Shown here: positions 40,995-52,842 of the stretch, piece by piece
How the letters are laid out: every line of letters begins with the position of its first letter
How positions within the stretch are numbered: the stretch's first letter is position 1
NCBI GenBank assembly: GCA_010356995.1
Contig: ML996697.1
Location: 244,153 to 308,152 of the forward strand
From: Trichodelitschia bisporula
Lineage: Eukaryota
DNA: 64,000 bases
Direction: 5' to 3'
The notes under the pieces: generated by a model
The model's database searches: none
What the model was told of the DNA's origin: nothing
Seen by the model: only the letters and a program-made list of their open reading frames with translations
Position numbers and translations under genes: made by a program

Positions 40995-42697
40995 TTGTTT
41001 CTATTGTTATGTCTAACTATGTGCAGTAGCGTTGAGTCTTTGTCTCTTATTGTTCTGAACTCGACTTTGGCTTTGATTTCTTCCGGGGTTCTAGATATAT
41101 CTACAGCATCTAACAACGTCTCGTTCACTTCAATCGCATCTTGGACCAGCTTTCCAGACAGACAAACTAATACTCCCTCACTTTCATACTCCATAGTCCG
41201 GTATTGCACCTGCTCAGTTTGTATCCGACCAGTCACTCAAACCGCCGTCATCGCGACGCCATTAAGCATAAAGCTACTTGTAAACCTTCCCCAGCACAAG
41301 GGAAACTATGATAATAACGCGATCAGACATCCACCGCATCCGCCGTGCTCGGCCTCTCAAGCGCCGCACTAGCAACATCCGCCCCATCATCCACCGTCCA
41401 ATCCACCTCCCCAGGGCTATCAGCCATCCCAAGCGCGCAGACTAGCCCCTCAGCCTCGCTGATAAAGTGTGCCTCCGTCACCTTCTCGACATTCAACGAC
41501 ACACAGGCTGGACGCACCGCAACGGGACAGTATCTGTGCCTGCCGCAGGAAACTCATGCGGCTTGTGGCCCTGCGTCGGTGACATCTAACTTCACGTCTG
41601 CGACGGTTACCACCTCCACACCAAGCACTACTACTGACTTCCCGACCGACATCTTCCCGCCCGACGCCTTCCCGCCCGTCCCTAAACCTACGCTAGCCGG
41701 GGGGCTTTCCATAGGTACCATAGGGACGGCTGAATTCGCCAGCTTCTCGTTGTTGATCGGGAGTCAGATTTCCGCTGCAGAAAGCAACTACGCCAAAAGT
41801 ATGGCGTCTGTCCCGACTACTCTGGCCACAAAAACAGCCACTACGAAGTAGGTGCAGCTTCGGCTTTTATGTGGAAGTGGCTAAGCAGGACCGCAGGTCG
41901 ACAAGCACTGTCGTGCCGAATATGAGTACGACCGCAACCACTCCGAAGTAGGTGCAGCCCCTTCTATATTGAAGTGGCTAAGCAGTACTCGTAGCTCGGC
42001 TGGCACCGTTGTGCCGGATATCAATACGCCCTGCTCCACCAATTCTACGAGCACTTCTTCTGTGCAGACGGTTGTGTCGACTACTACGCTGTGTACCACG
42101 ACTTCTTTGAACGCCCCTTCTTCCCAGATCACCCCCTGATCTCAGATCACCCCCTCATCCCAGATTACCCCCTCAACCCAGATCACCCCCTCAACCCAGA
42201 TCACCCCCTCCTCCCAGATAGTCCCCTCGTCGCCGTCCGTCACATCATATTCTTCGCCCTGCACCACGTTATCTCACACTACCCCGTCTTCCCAGATCGT
42301 CCCCTCTTCCCTGATCATCCCCTCTAACCAGACCATCCCTCCGCCACAGCCAGCCGTATCCTCCCCTACCCTCTCCACCACGACTTCCCACACTATCCCT
42401 TCCACACCATCCGCCGCAGCTACTTCTTCGTCTTGCACCACTTCCACACCCATCGGTTATGTCTCACCGCCCATGCAATCATCTCATACCAAGCCCCATG
42501 GCGCTGCGCCTTCGCCAGGCTCTGGACGCCGTAGCGTCCAGGGCGGGCCTCCCATGAAGCAAGGGGGGCTAGGTAACAATACTCAGCCTACCGCCACGTC
42601 TGTTGCTGCTCCTCCGGATGCGGATGAAGAAGATGATGATTCAGGACCGACGCAGCGCCGGCGCAGGCGGAATGAGCGGCGTGGGCGGTTGGCGTGA
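40995..42697 (+). CDS. Ser/Thr-rich mucin-like hypothetical protein; 5' end uncertain, in-frame TGA at 42137 (possible pseudogene)
   Basis: S/T-rich frames can be joined by introns 41280-41326, 41848-41896 and 41948-41994. Contains SQITPS repeats. Confidence 0.45.
42122..42232 (+). repeat. 18-nt tandem repeat (TCCCAGATCACCCCCTCA), about 6 copies
   Basis: Directly visible. Encodes (S/T)QITPS in one frame and PDHPL(I/N) in another. Confidence 0.85.
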
Positions 42698-42895
42698 AAG
42701 CATTAGGGAACAGTTGAGGACATGGCCGGAAGAGTGGACTTCCTTTTCAGTACTAATGGAGTTCACTGTATAATAATAGAACCCTGTAATTCATTTCATT
42801 TGCATCATCATCATATGCTCTTAATGCAGAGTGCAGCCGCCAAATCAGTGTCCAACGCCAAATGTCAACTACCAAATGCTTGCGTCCAAACAACT

Positions 42896-44797
42896 TCAAA
42901 GCTTTGCATGTATTTCAACAGCAGCCTGCCGTGCCCTCCATACCTGTACTTCAGGTAGGTTGTGGTATCCGAGAGGAAAGTAATGGGGACCCAGCACTTT
43001 CTTCGCAACCTTCCCAGTCCCACTCTTCGGCAGCTCACCCTCAATAACCCTCAGCAACGTCGGCATCTTGTACCCAGCAAGCCGGCGTCTTAAATCGCGA
43101 CGCAAGCTGTCAATACTCAGCAAATGGTCATTGGCGCTGTGGTCCGCCTCAAACACCTCGTTGACCTCCTCTTTCAACAGGGAAATGACCGCGGCGACCC
43201 GCTGACCGAACTCGTCATCCGGGACGCCAACAACCATGGCTTCGGCAACGTAAGGCAAGGCTAGCAATTCACGCTCGATATCCAGTGATGAGATTTTGTA
43301 GCCGCCGGATTTGATGATGTCGATGGAGGCTCGGCCTACGATCCAGTAGTACTTGCCTTCTCGGCGGGCGACTAAAAAAGCGTGAGGCAGGTTCTTACGT
43401 ATTGCTCAGGGAGCACTTACTGTCGCCGGTTTTGAAGTACCCATTTGCGTCATGGGCGTTAGCCGTCGCTTCCGGGTCGCGGAGATACTTGGAGAACATG
43501 TGCTGGGGCACTTAGCACCACCCTGGGAGCGTAGTGAAATCTTACCGGACTCTTGACTAACACCTCGCCCTCATCGCCCTCAGATAGCTTCAAATCAATC
43601 CCTGGCACCCGCTCCCCCACCGAACCATCCGGCACCTGACCATCGCTCAACCGCGCCTTAAACACCGCACCGAACTCAGTCGCGCCATATCGCTGCGCGA
43701 TCCTCCGACCCACTAACTCCGTCCAAAAGTCACTAATAGTATGCGGCAACGCTGACGTTCCACATAGGAGCGCGCGGAACTGCCTAGCACCTGCTATGTA
43801 CTCAGCCAACTTGTCAGCCGGCAACTTCGACAGTACAAGCTGGTAGTGGCGCCGCATGCGCATGTAGATAGTTGGGACACCGGAGAAAAATGTCAGGCGC
43901 AAACCGGGGTTTGCAGCACCGGCACGCCACCGGTCCCAGAGCCAGACCTCGTCGAAGCCACCGCTGCGGAACTCGATTGTTGCGCCAGAGACGAGGAAGG
44001 GAAAGAAGTTGATCCCTACGCCTGTTGCATGGTGTACTGGGAGCACGTGCAGCATTGTGTCGTGTTCTGTCAGCTCGTAGTGCTCGGCGACGGAGAGGGC
44101 GCCGTCGTGCACGTAGGCGCGCCGCATGACGGCGGCTTTTGGAGGGCCTGTCGTACCGGAGGTAAAGATGACAACTCCCGGACCGTTATCGTCCAGGTAC
44201 CGGCCCGAGGAGACGAAAATGTTTGAGATGGGCATGAGAGGAGCTGAGAGGGATGGTTGGATAGGGATGCAGCTGAAATGCGGGTTGGTGGAGTTGACGA
44301 TGTTGGTCTGGAGTTCCTGACCAAAGGCTATAGAGGCCGAACATGATAGTAAGGCTGCTGCATCGCATTTTTGGACGAAGTACTCGGCTTCTTTCATAGG
44401 CACCTGAACGGAAAGCGGGACAACGGCGGCGCCCAAGGCCAGGACGGCCAGCACGGCTATAGTGTACTCATATCCGCCCGGGGCAAGTACGGCGATGTAA
44501 ACTTCTTCGCCATTTTGCAGAGCACCAACTCTGGCTTCGCCGAGGGCCGTTTTGATTACTTCGCGCAGTGCCAGGACGTCGGAGAGGAGCTCCCAATGGT
44601 TTCGCTCGATCTTCTCTCGGGCATCTCGAATTGCCAACTTTGGAGGCTGACGATGCGCTAGGCGGAGCAAACGGCTGAAGAGAGGCTATAGATACGTTAG
44701 TAGATAAAATCAAAAGGGATCACAGGCTCACAGAACAAGGGAGAATGTGGTGACCGTCGTGGCGTGGGACGAACATGACTCTGTCTCCGATTGCCAT
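42896..44797 (-). CDS. Peroxisomal AMP-dependent acyl-CoA synthetase (malonyl-CoA synthetase/ACSF3-like), 3 introns
   Basis: FTSGTTGPPK, HVLPVHH, RYGATE, YFKTGD, GRASIDIIKSGGYKIS, ELPKSGTGKV; C-terminal PTS1 AKL. Confidence 0.93.
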
Positions 44798-45131
44798 TTC
44801 CGGCTAGCGCGCCTCTTTCCAAACTCAAAATCGACTTCCTGCGCAAGTCACTGCACGTTGAGCCTCATGTCCCACCGTCAATGTTATATTCCTCATGATC
44901 GTTGGCCTCGCCTCTAGGCAGAACTTGGCAGCATCCGACCCCTCTTGAGCCGTGTTTTTAGCTTGGACTTGCTTATCCGGTACCCCCCGTGTTGAACGAA
45001 GCTCCAGCGCGGGGGTTGCTGCACGAAAGTCCGCATGATGGGATGTCGTCGACGCCCCGGCTAAGGCTTATTTCCATGACCAAATGCGGGGACGATGGTG
45101 AGACTAATAGGAATGCAATTGACTGTCGATT

Positions 45132-45377
45132 CCTCGGCCAGCACCTTCTAGCTCCACAGAATGGACCTGAGTCCCCCGTTCTGGCTGATGACAAAATTTG
45201 GCTTGTATCTTCACAAGCACCAAGCCGCCTCTCGGGTGTAAATCCGCCGACTTGGTAGTGGATCGGTCCGCCGCCATATGTGGGGTACGAGGCGAACTCT
45301 CTTTGATGCCATTTCCCCTGGTCACAGGTACCGGAAAGCGCCGAGAATCACCGGAGGGGAAATGAACACAACCGAGG
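45132..45377. promoter_or_regulatory. Two CCTCGG/CCGAGG hexamers (FarA/FarB-type sites) in the divergent ACS/ACOX promoter
   Basis: CCTCGG at 45132-45137 and CCGAGG at 45372-45377. The motif is short and can occur by chance. Confidence 0.4.
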
Positions 45378-45473
45378 GCCAGGTTGAATGACAACTGATG
45401 TTACTGGAGTACCAAGTCCCTGTATAAGATTCACGGGCCGGTGGATTACTCGGCAATCCATCCCCCATCCGTC

Positions 45474-47709
45474 ATGCCCGACTTCACGGACAACTTGAAG
45501 CCCAAGGACGACGGCTCCGCCATCCTTAAGGCTGAGCGCGACCGGTCGCCGATATCTACTGAGGAACTGTCCAGGCACCTTTTTTCCAAAAATGGCTTTC
45601 TCGAGCGTCAACAACGGGTATTGCGGGTGTTGGAGAAGGAGCCGCTCTTCCAGAAAAAGCAACAGTTAAACCTCGCCCGTCCTGATCGATATCACCTGGG
45701 CCTTGCACGCGCTAAAGCTTTGCGGCGATTTGTCGTTAGAGAGGGTTGGGATGTCGAAGACTACCGGATGGCTGAGTACCTGACGGACGAGATGTCGCCG
45801 TATCATCTCCACTTCTCCATGTTTGCGACCACCATCAAGGAGCAGGCGAGCCCGGAGCAAAAGGCATACTGGTGGCCCAAAGTTGAAAGCTTTGAGATCA
45901 TCGGAGCTTATGCGCAAACCGAGCTCGGCCATGGGAGCAATGTGCGAGGTTTGGAGTGTGAGGCGAGATACGACCCCAACTCGAAGGAGTTCATCCTCCA
46001 CAGTCCAACCCTCACTTCATCAAAGTGGTGGAACGGATCAATGGGACGTACGGCTACGCATGCCATTGTAATGGCTCAGCTCCTTCTGCCGCAGCCAAAC
46101 GGAAGCTACAAGTCTTTTGGCCCACAGCCCTTCATCGTTCAGATCCGGGAAAAGGTCACGCACGAGCCGGTGGACGGTGTCGTCGTTGGCGACATCGGCC
46201 CAAAGTATGGCTATACGTCCATGGACAACGGGTTCATGCTCTTCGACAAGCTCCGGGTTCCGCACACAGCACTCCTCTCCCGGTATGCGAAAGTCGACCC
46301 CGAAACCGGCGCGTTCAGAAAGGAGGGCCATCCGGGAGTCGTGTATGGGTCTCTTACCAACGTTCGTGCGAACATTGTTATGCATGCACGGCTCGTTCTC
46401 GCGCGGGCAGTTACCATCGCCATCCGGTACACTTCCATTCGGCGGCAATTCCGAGACAGGGACGCGGCTGACCAAAGCGGGCCGGAGATGGCCGTACTCG
46501 ACTACCCGACAGTTCAGATTCGGTTGTTGCCGCTGCTGGCGACCGCGTTTGCATTGCATTATACTGGCGAGGCGATGCATAACTTGTATAACAACACGCG
46601 GAATGCTATAGAGGAGGGAAACTTTGATTCAATTGCAGAGTTGCACAGCACTTCCTCGGGACTGAAGAGTCTGTGTACGACCTATGCTGCAGATGGGATC
46701 GGTACGTGTTGCGGGAACCTGGAGACACTGCTAATCCAGTAGAAACATGTCGACGCTCGATGGGAGGCCATGGATTTGGCGGAGGCAGTGGACTCATTGG
46801 AATTAATAACGAGTATGTTTGGGTTCAATTTTCCGTCTCCTGCCTGACACACCTAGCTATCTTTCAAAGCCCACCGTCGAAGGTGACAATTGGATGATCA
46901 CGCAACAAGTTGCAGCCTACCTGATCAAGATAATGACTGATGCTGTCTCAAACCCAAAGACAAAATCGGCAGACGCGACAGAGGCGCTCTTCAGAAGATA
47001 TCTTGCGGAAAGGGGCCGCCGGAGACCGGCAGAGGTGTTGAGAGGCCCGCAGATTGATAACGGAGCTATTGTGGATGCTTTCCAATGGCGGGCAGCTGAG
47101 ATGGTAAGTCCCTAGTCTGTGTTGTTGAAACTGACATTTACCCGGATACAGAGCTTCAGACTTTACGACGCTCGCATCGTTCAAAAGAAGAAGTGGAACT
47201 CCTTATTGATCCAGCTGCATCGGCTCAGCAACGGTAAGTTCTGGGCATGGCCGCTAGTTCATACTAACGTTACAGTGTACTCGCAAATGATCCTCGTGAA
47301 CAACTTCTATGCAGCTCTCCAGCCATCCCCCCTCTCCGCTCACGCCGCATCGGTTATGGAGAGCCTCTTCCAGCTCTACGCCCTCTACACAATGGATACT
47401 GACGCCCGCACCTTCTCCACCACCCTTTCTGCCACCCCATCATCTCTTGATGTCTTGCCAGATATTATACTTGACCTTATGATAAAGATCCGCCCGCACG
47501 CCGTGAAGCTGGTAGACGGCTGGGCGATTCCGGACTACGTACTGGATAGCGCTCTGGGTCGCTATGACGGACGGGTGTACGAAGATCTGTTTGACCGCGC
47601 CCATCGTCAAAATCCATTGAACAGGACCACTTTCAATGTGGATTGGCAGAGCGAGGAAATCGTTCTCGGAAGCGGAGATGCGGGAAAAAACATCCTGGCT
47701 AAATTGTAG
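45474..47709 (+). CDS. Peroxisomal acyl-CoA oxidase, 4 introns
   Basis: GAYAQTELGHGSNV, KWWNG, GDIGPK, DNGF, RYTSIRRQF, CRRSMGGHG, TVEGDNW, DSALGRYDG; PTS1 AKL. Confidence 0.96.
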
Positions 47710-48172
47710 TTCTAGCCTTCATCAGCATTAGCAGCGCGGCTGATTCCAGTGCGGAACTGGAAGCAAGTTGCCCTCTACGAGCATTTATGTGTACATAAAA
47801 GTCAAATTAATCATCTCAGATGTCACATTCCAGTGTTCAATAGCTTTCTTTGCAACCCCGTCGACGATGCTTGAAGCTGACTGATTGTCACGTGTCCCAT
47901 CCATGTCGCCGGTCGGCGATTCGCGATGGCGGCCCCGGACCTCAACGCGGTTTCCGTCCGACTTCACCTCTACGTCGTGAGATTATCAATATGCTCGGGA
48001 AGCTTTAGCTTGCAAAAGTTAGCTGGTGAGAGCTCATTTTAGTATATTAATCTCTTCGTTGCCTCTTCTGTCCTCGAGTGCACCCCGCGCCGCACTACTG
48101 ATCGACTGTTCACCCGAGCAAGTGACACGCAGCACTCCATCCTATCAATTGACTTGTTGACCGAAAGCTACC

Positions 48173-50399
48173 ATGGAAAATAGCACACCGCGTCCCCGAG
48201 CGAGCAAAGCGTGCGTCATATGTCACAAAAAGAAAATCAAATGCGATCTTGACACTGTGGATGGCATTCAATGTACTGCCTGCATCAAGGACAACTATGA
48301 ATGCCGACCTCGTGAGCGGAAACGCAAACGGACTTATACCCTCGACAGTGTCTCGCCTCCGCCACGCAATCGCCGAGGAACCCTTCTTTCACCAAACAGT
48401 GCTGGTTCGCAGCAAGTCGTTGTCCCCCCAGGCTTAGCCTCGGAGCCGGTCCTGGAACAACCAGTATATCCAGCAGCTGTCCAGCTTGATGGGCTCCAAT
48501 TTCCAACTCCCAGTCGCTCTCTTGAAGCAAAATGCGAAGAAACCCCGGCTCCTGTCTCCAGGCCTGCCTCTGTTCCTGCTCTTGTGACACAAAAGAGCAC
48601 CGAATACGCCCCCAACAACAGCTACCTCGGCCGCTCGGAGTACATCAGCAACGAAGTTCCCATCGATGACGAAGCGGATGCGGCCCAGCACCTTGCACGC
48701 ACACTATCCGAAAAGGACATGGAGATTCTGCAGCATCAGCGTGTGTTCGAACTACCAGAGCGCGCCATTCGCGAGAGCCTTATTGATGCATTCTGGAGCC
48801 GGTGCTGGCCATGGACACCGATGGTCGAACGTTCTTGGATTGAGGGCAAACCGCTGAGCGAGGTTTCCACGCTGCTACTGCAGGGCATGTTGTTGGCTGG
48901 GAGCCGTGTATCATCAACACCGATGGAATCTCGCTCGCCGGGAGACTTCTATTCCCGTGGGAAAACGCTGTTCTGGATGGGCGCGGAAAAGGATCCGCTC
49001 ATCATGGCGGTTTCGGCTTGTCTGCTCAACTGGTGGAACCCAGAGGGACCAGAGCACTTTTCTATCGACACCAGCGGGTTCTGGATTCGCATATGCGTTG
49101 GCTTAGCCTACCAGCTTGGTCTTCACCGAGATCCGGCGGGGAAGAAGGACGGGGGACTGAGAAGGAGAGTATGGTGGTCTCTTGTGGTGCGTGGCATGTG
49201 GAACGACGAGGCTTCGGCTAATAGCTTCAGACGAGAGATTGTCTTATCAATGCAGGCCATGGACGACCTCGCTCGATCAATTTGCAACTTACGGATGTTT
49301 CTTGGCCTACACTACACGACTTTGACGGGCATGTGGCCGCGGCGAATCTATTCTCAGCTTATGTGGGAATATCTGTCATCCTCGGTTTGTACAAATTCGA
49401 CTGTTTATTTGACACGGCTGACCAGAAAGGTGATCTGACACAATGCTTCCTGGAAGATGGGAAACTTGGTAGCAAGCAGCAGGCCCTCGCAGACCGTACT
49501 TTTCGCTGGTCGAGGACGCTCTCAGAGGATCTTCAAATATGCTTTGAGCGGCCTGGACGCCAGCTTCGTCCATACTGCTTTGAAGCCCGGCAATTGCATG
49601 CGCAGGTATAGGGTACGGTAACCAACTTCGACTTCTGCTGATGCTTAACTAGTACTTCACGGTCTTGACAATCATGAACAGAACAAACACGGTTGGAAGT
49701 GCGCCATCTACAGCATCTTTGCTTGCATCATCATATGTGGCAGGGATCTTCGAAGACTTTCTGGCGCGGGACGAACTGCGATATCTTGGACCGATGTGGG
49801 TGTGAAATATATCAATTGGCTTAGCTGACACACGCAGATTCACATTTTACCTACTGTCTGCTGGCCTCTGCCTGCTTTCATGCTACAGATATCCCGGCCT
49901 GTGGCACCTGGCGGAACAGGACCTCCGGATCATCTTCAGATCACAGGAGGAGCTGGGAAAACGGTGGCCTTCTGCGATTGGGTCGCTGAATAAACTGTAA
50001 GACGATTGACATGCGTAGAACACATGCTGATAAAATAGGACAATTGTCCGGGACAAAGTAACCAAGACACAGCGCTCAACATACTTTCCTGAAAACAATT
50101 TGACTCCGGAGCAAATCCAGTTCTTCGACAACTTTGGAACTGATCTCTGTCGATCATGGAGCGTCCTCTACGACACATCCTCCACCCAGCCGTCAGCTGC
50201 TCGCGATCTGATGACGGCCGGGATCCTACAAGACCTACGAACGCCTGGAGGGTTGTACTCGGAACCGATTGCCGGTTCCGCAGTTGAGGGCACAATGCCC
50301 CTTGAGGAGCACATGTTACACCCGCAGCTCTCAATGGACCAGTACAGTGGGATCGGCAATTGGCTCTTCAACGACGTTGACAGTGGGGCACTGTGGTGA
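48173..50399 (+). CDS. Zn(II)2Cys6 transcription factor with a fungal-specific middle homology domain, about 5 introns
   Basis: RASKACVICHKKKIKCD...CTACIKDNYEC; AYQLGLHR; RRRVWWSL. Confidence 0.93.
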
Positions 50400-50654
50400 A
50401 GGGGTGTTCTCCACATCGGGCGTCACGTGTGTCATCGCCTCCACTTCCCCACAATTCGCATTCGCGGGGAGCCGAGAAATGCCGGGAGGGGCTGGATGCG
50501 GAGATGGCGGGGCGGATCCCAGCAACCGGGAAGCTTGGCCTCGGGCAAGACGCCAGCTCCTCAGCAATCACAATGGGTGTGGTACTAGAAGAGGCTTACT
50601 GGCCACACTCATTGATACTTTGGACCTTAACCCTACTGTCCAATACGTCGCATC

Positions 50655-51426
50655 ATGGCCTATGAGAACCTGACTGTCGACCGTCACGGCAATGTTTTCG
50701 TTATCACGCTCCGCAAGGCGCCTGAGAACCGGCTCAATGTCCGCTTCGCGCAGGAGATAATCCGGGCGTTTCGCGACATTGAAAAAACGCTGGGACGCGA
50801 TGCGGACGGTGCCATCATCACCCGTGGCAGCGATGCAAAATTCTGGTGTACAGTACGCCGTCCATCCAACGGCGCAAACACAACCAAATAACCTCACACA
50901 GGGCCTCGAGCTGGACGAATCCGACACGAACCCTCATGCCAACTCCGACGGTTTCTACCCCCTCCTCGCTACAATCCTCGACTGTCCTTTCCCAACAATA
51001 GCCTTGCTCACCGGCCACACCTTCGGCGGCGCCTGCCCGCTTGCACTAGCGCATGATTACCGCGTCATGAACTCGAAGCGCGGGTTCCTGAGCATGCCGC
51101 CCGTTAACCTGGGTTTACACTTCGACGGCATCGGCACGCTACCAAGGTTGAAGCTAGCCCCGCAAATTGCGCGGAAGATGCTGCTTGAGGCGCATAAGTG
51201 GACAGGCGAGGAGGCGCTGCGCGATGGGATTGTGGATCGGATAGCGCCGCCGGAGAAGATGCTTGATGTTGCGCTTGAATTGGCGACGAGTGTGGCGCCG
51301 AGAGCGAAGATGGGTGTGTATGCATTGCTGAGGAACGAGCTTAACGGCGAGGCGGCGCAGGCGTTTAGGCGGATTAGTTATGTGCATGGGAGAGGGACGA
51401 GTTTGCCGCCGAAGGCGAAGATTTAG
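50655..51426 (+). CDS. Peroxisomal crotonase-fold enzyme (enoyl-CoA isomerase/hydratase-like), one intron
   Basis: PENRLN, KFWCT-GLELD, GHTFGG, LAHDYRVM, EEALRDGIVD; C-terminal AKI (PTS1-like). Confidence 0.9.
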
Positions 51427-51860
51427 GCGGATGTACGTAGAGGCATGAGCGTAATTGACTCCTGCTAACTCCCGCGTCCTCAATCACAGCCCTCTTTGTG
51501 CTCGCACGTCAGTGGCTTGAGTATGAACGAAGGTTGGGCCTAAGAGAAGCTAATGAAACGTGTAAATGACTGATCTGCAAGGTCGGTATCTGTACCATAC
51601 TCAGCATCGCAAGACGAAAGGGGAAGCGAGTAGTTCCCGCATCGGGGATCCCCATTCTGCCTCATGCCTCGCGTCCTTAGATACGTACTTGTAACTTGGA
51701 AACTCCTCGAGGTATGTGGCGTAGCGGCTTGACCTATAGGGCTGCAGCCACTCCCAGCCGCGATGAAGGCGCCGAGTGGAATAGTGCGAGGAAGGCCACA
51801 CGTCGGTTAGCCATAACTGACTGAAACATGACATCTCCAAATCTCTGCTTGGCCGATCAT

Positions 51861-52563
51861 CTAACCAACCGCAGCTTCCCTCCTCTTCTCCAACACCTTC
51901 GCTCTCAAATCTTCCGTAGCAACCTCAACCTCAACCACCCCCCGTATCCCCGTCCGCCATGCTTCCTCCAGCCCATTCATCTCCGCCCTAACATCTTCCT
52001 GCCTTGCTCTCCGCTCCTCTTCCATAGCATCAACCCCCTTCCGTGTATCCACAAGCTCTTTTTCCAAATCCTTCAGCACCTGCTCCAGCTGACTATTCCC
52101 AATCAACCATGCATTGCGCCCGTACGCCTCCAGCAGCGACAAATTCGCCACTCGCCCCGACACGTACGTAGATGACGTGTATGCGCGTTTGAGCGTCTCG
52201 CGCCATGCTGCGATTGTTTCTGGGTCTTTTTCGTCGCTGTCTGGGCGCGTTGGCGGCGCGTCTAGTGCTTCATAGCGGGCGAGATCGATGCCGGCGTCTG
52301 CGGGCTTGGGTGCGCCGGATGCGAGGCGCTCATGCTCGGCTTTGATCAGGGGACTGAATTTGGGGACATAGGCTTCGGGGAGAGAGGGGTGCGGTGTGGT
52401 TGTGTAGTCTAGGGGGAGTTCGGCGTGAACGAGAGCGATGAGCGAGTCGCGTGTGGCGGGTTGAAGGGGAGGATCAATGTCTGCGCGCGTTAGCGGTGGA
52501 ATATGGGGGACTTTTCGAGGTCGTACGCGAAAGGAAGTCTGTAGATTCGAGGTTGAGCGCCAT
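51861..52563 (-). CDS. SPF27: Pre-mRNA splicing factor SPF27/BCAS2, one intron
   Basis: GIDLARYE, NLSLLEAYGRNAWLIGNSQLE, coiled coil, LEEAWRTG..VEVEVA. Confidence 0.88.
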
Positions 52564-52842
52564 GGTTCCGGTATGTTGAATGAGACGAACGCAGAGGTGA
52601 GGCTCAGGGAACAATTGAGGAAGTCGAAGCCAAGGCGTGGGGCTTGACAACTGCCGCTTTCGGCCTGGCGGCGTTTTGACAGGGCCAACGTCATCCGCCG
52701 GCGCGGCGCGCGACGGATTGGACGAGAGGGTAGATGTTTTGCTTTTACACTACAGCATCGTCTCGCTTCATGTATTTGTTCCGTCTGCTCCTATGATAGG
52801 CATATCAGTTCCTTTGCGCCGACGTAAACCCCATCTACAGTC

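Noticed and set aside
42091..42327. PDHPL-repeat ORF (78 aa)
   Set aside because: Alternative frame of the SQITPS repeat with a GTG start; the S/T-rich frame fits the upstream exons better.
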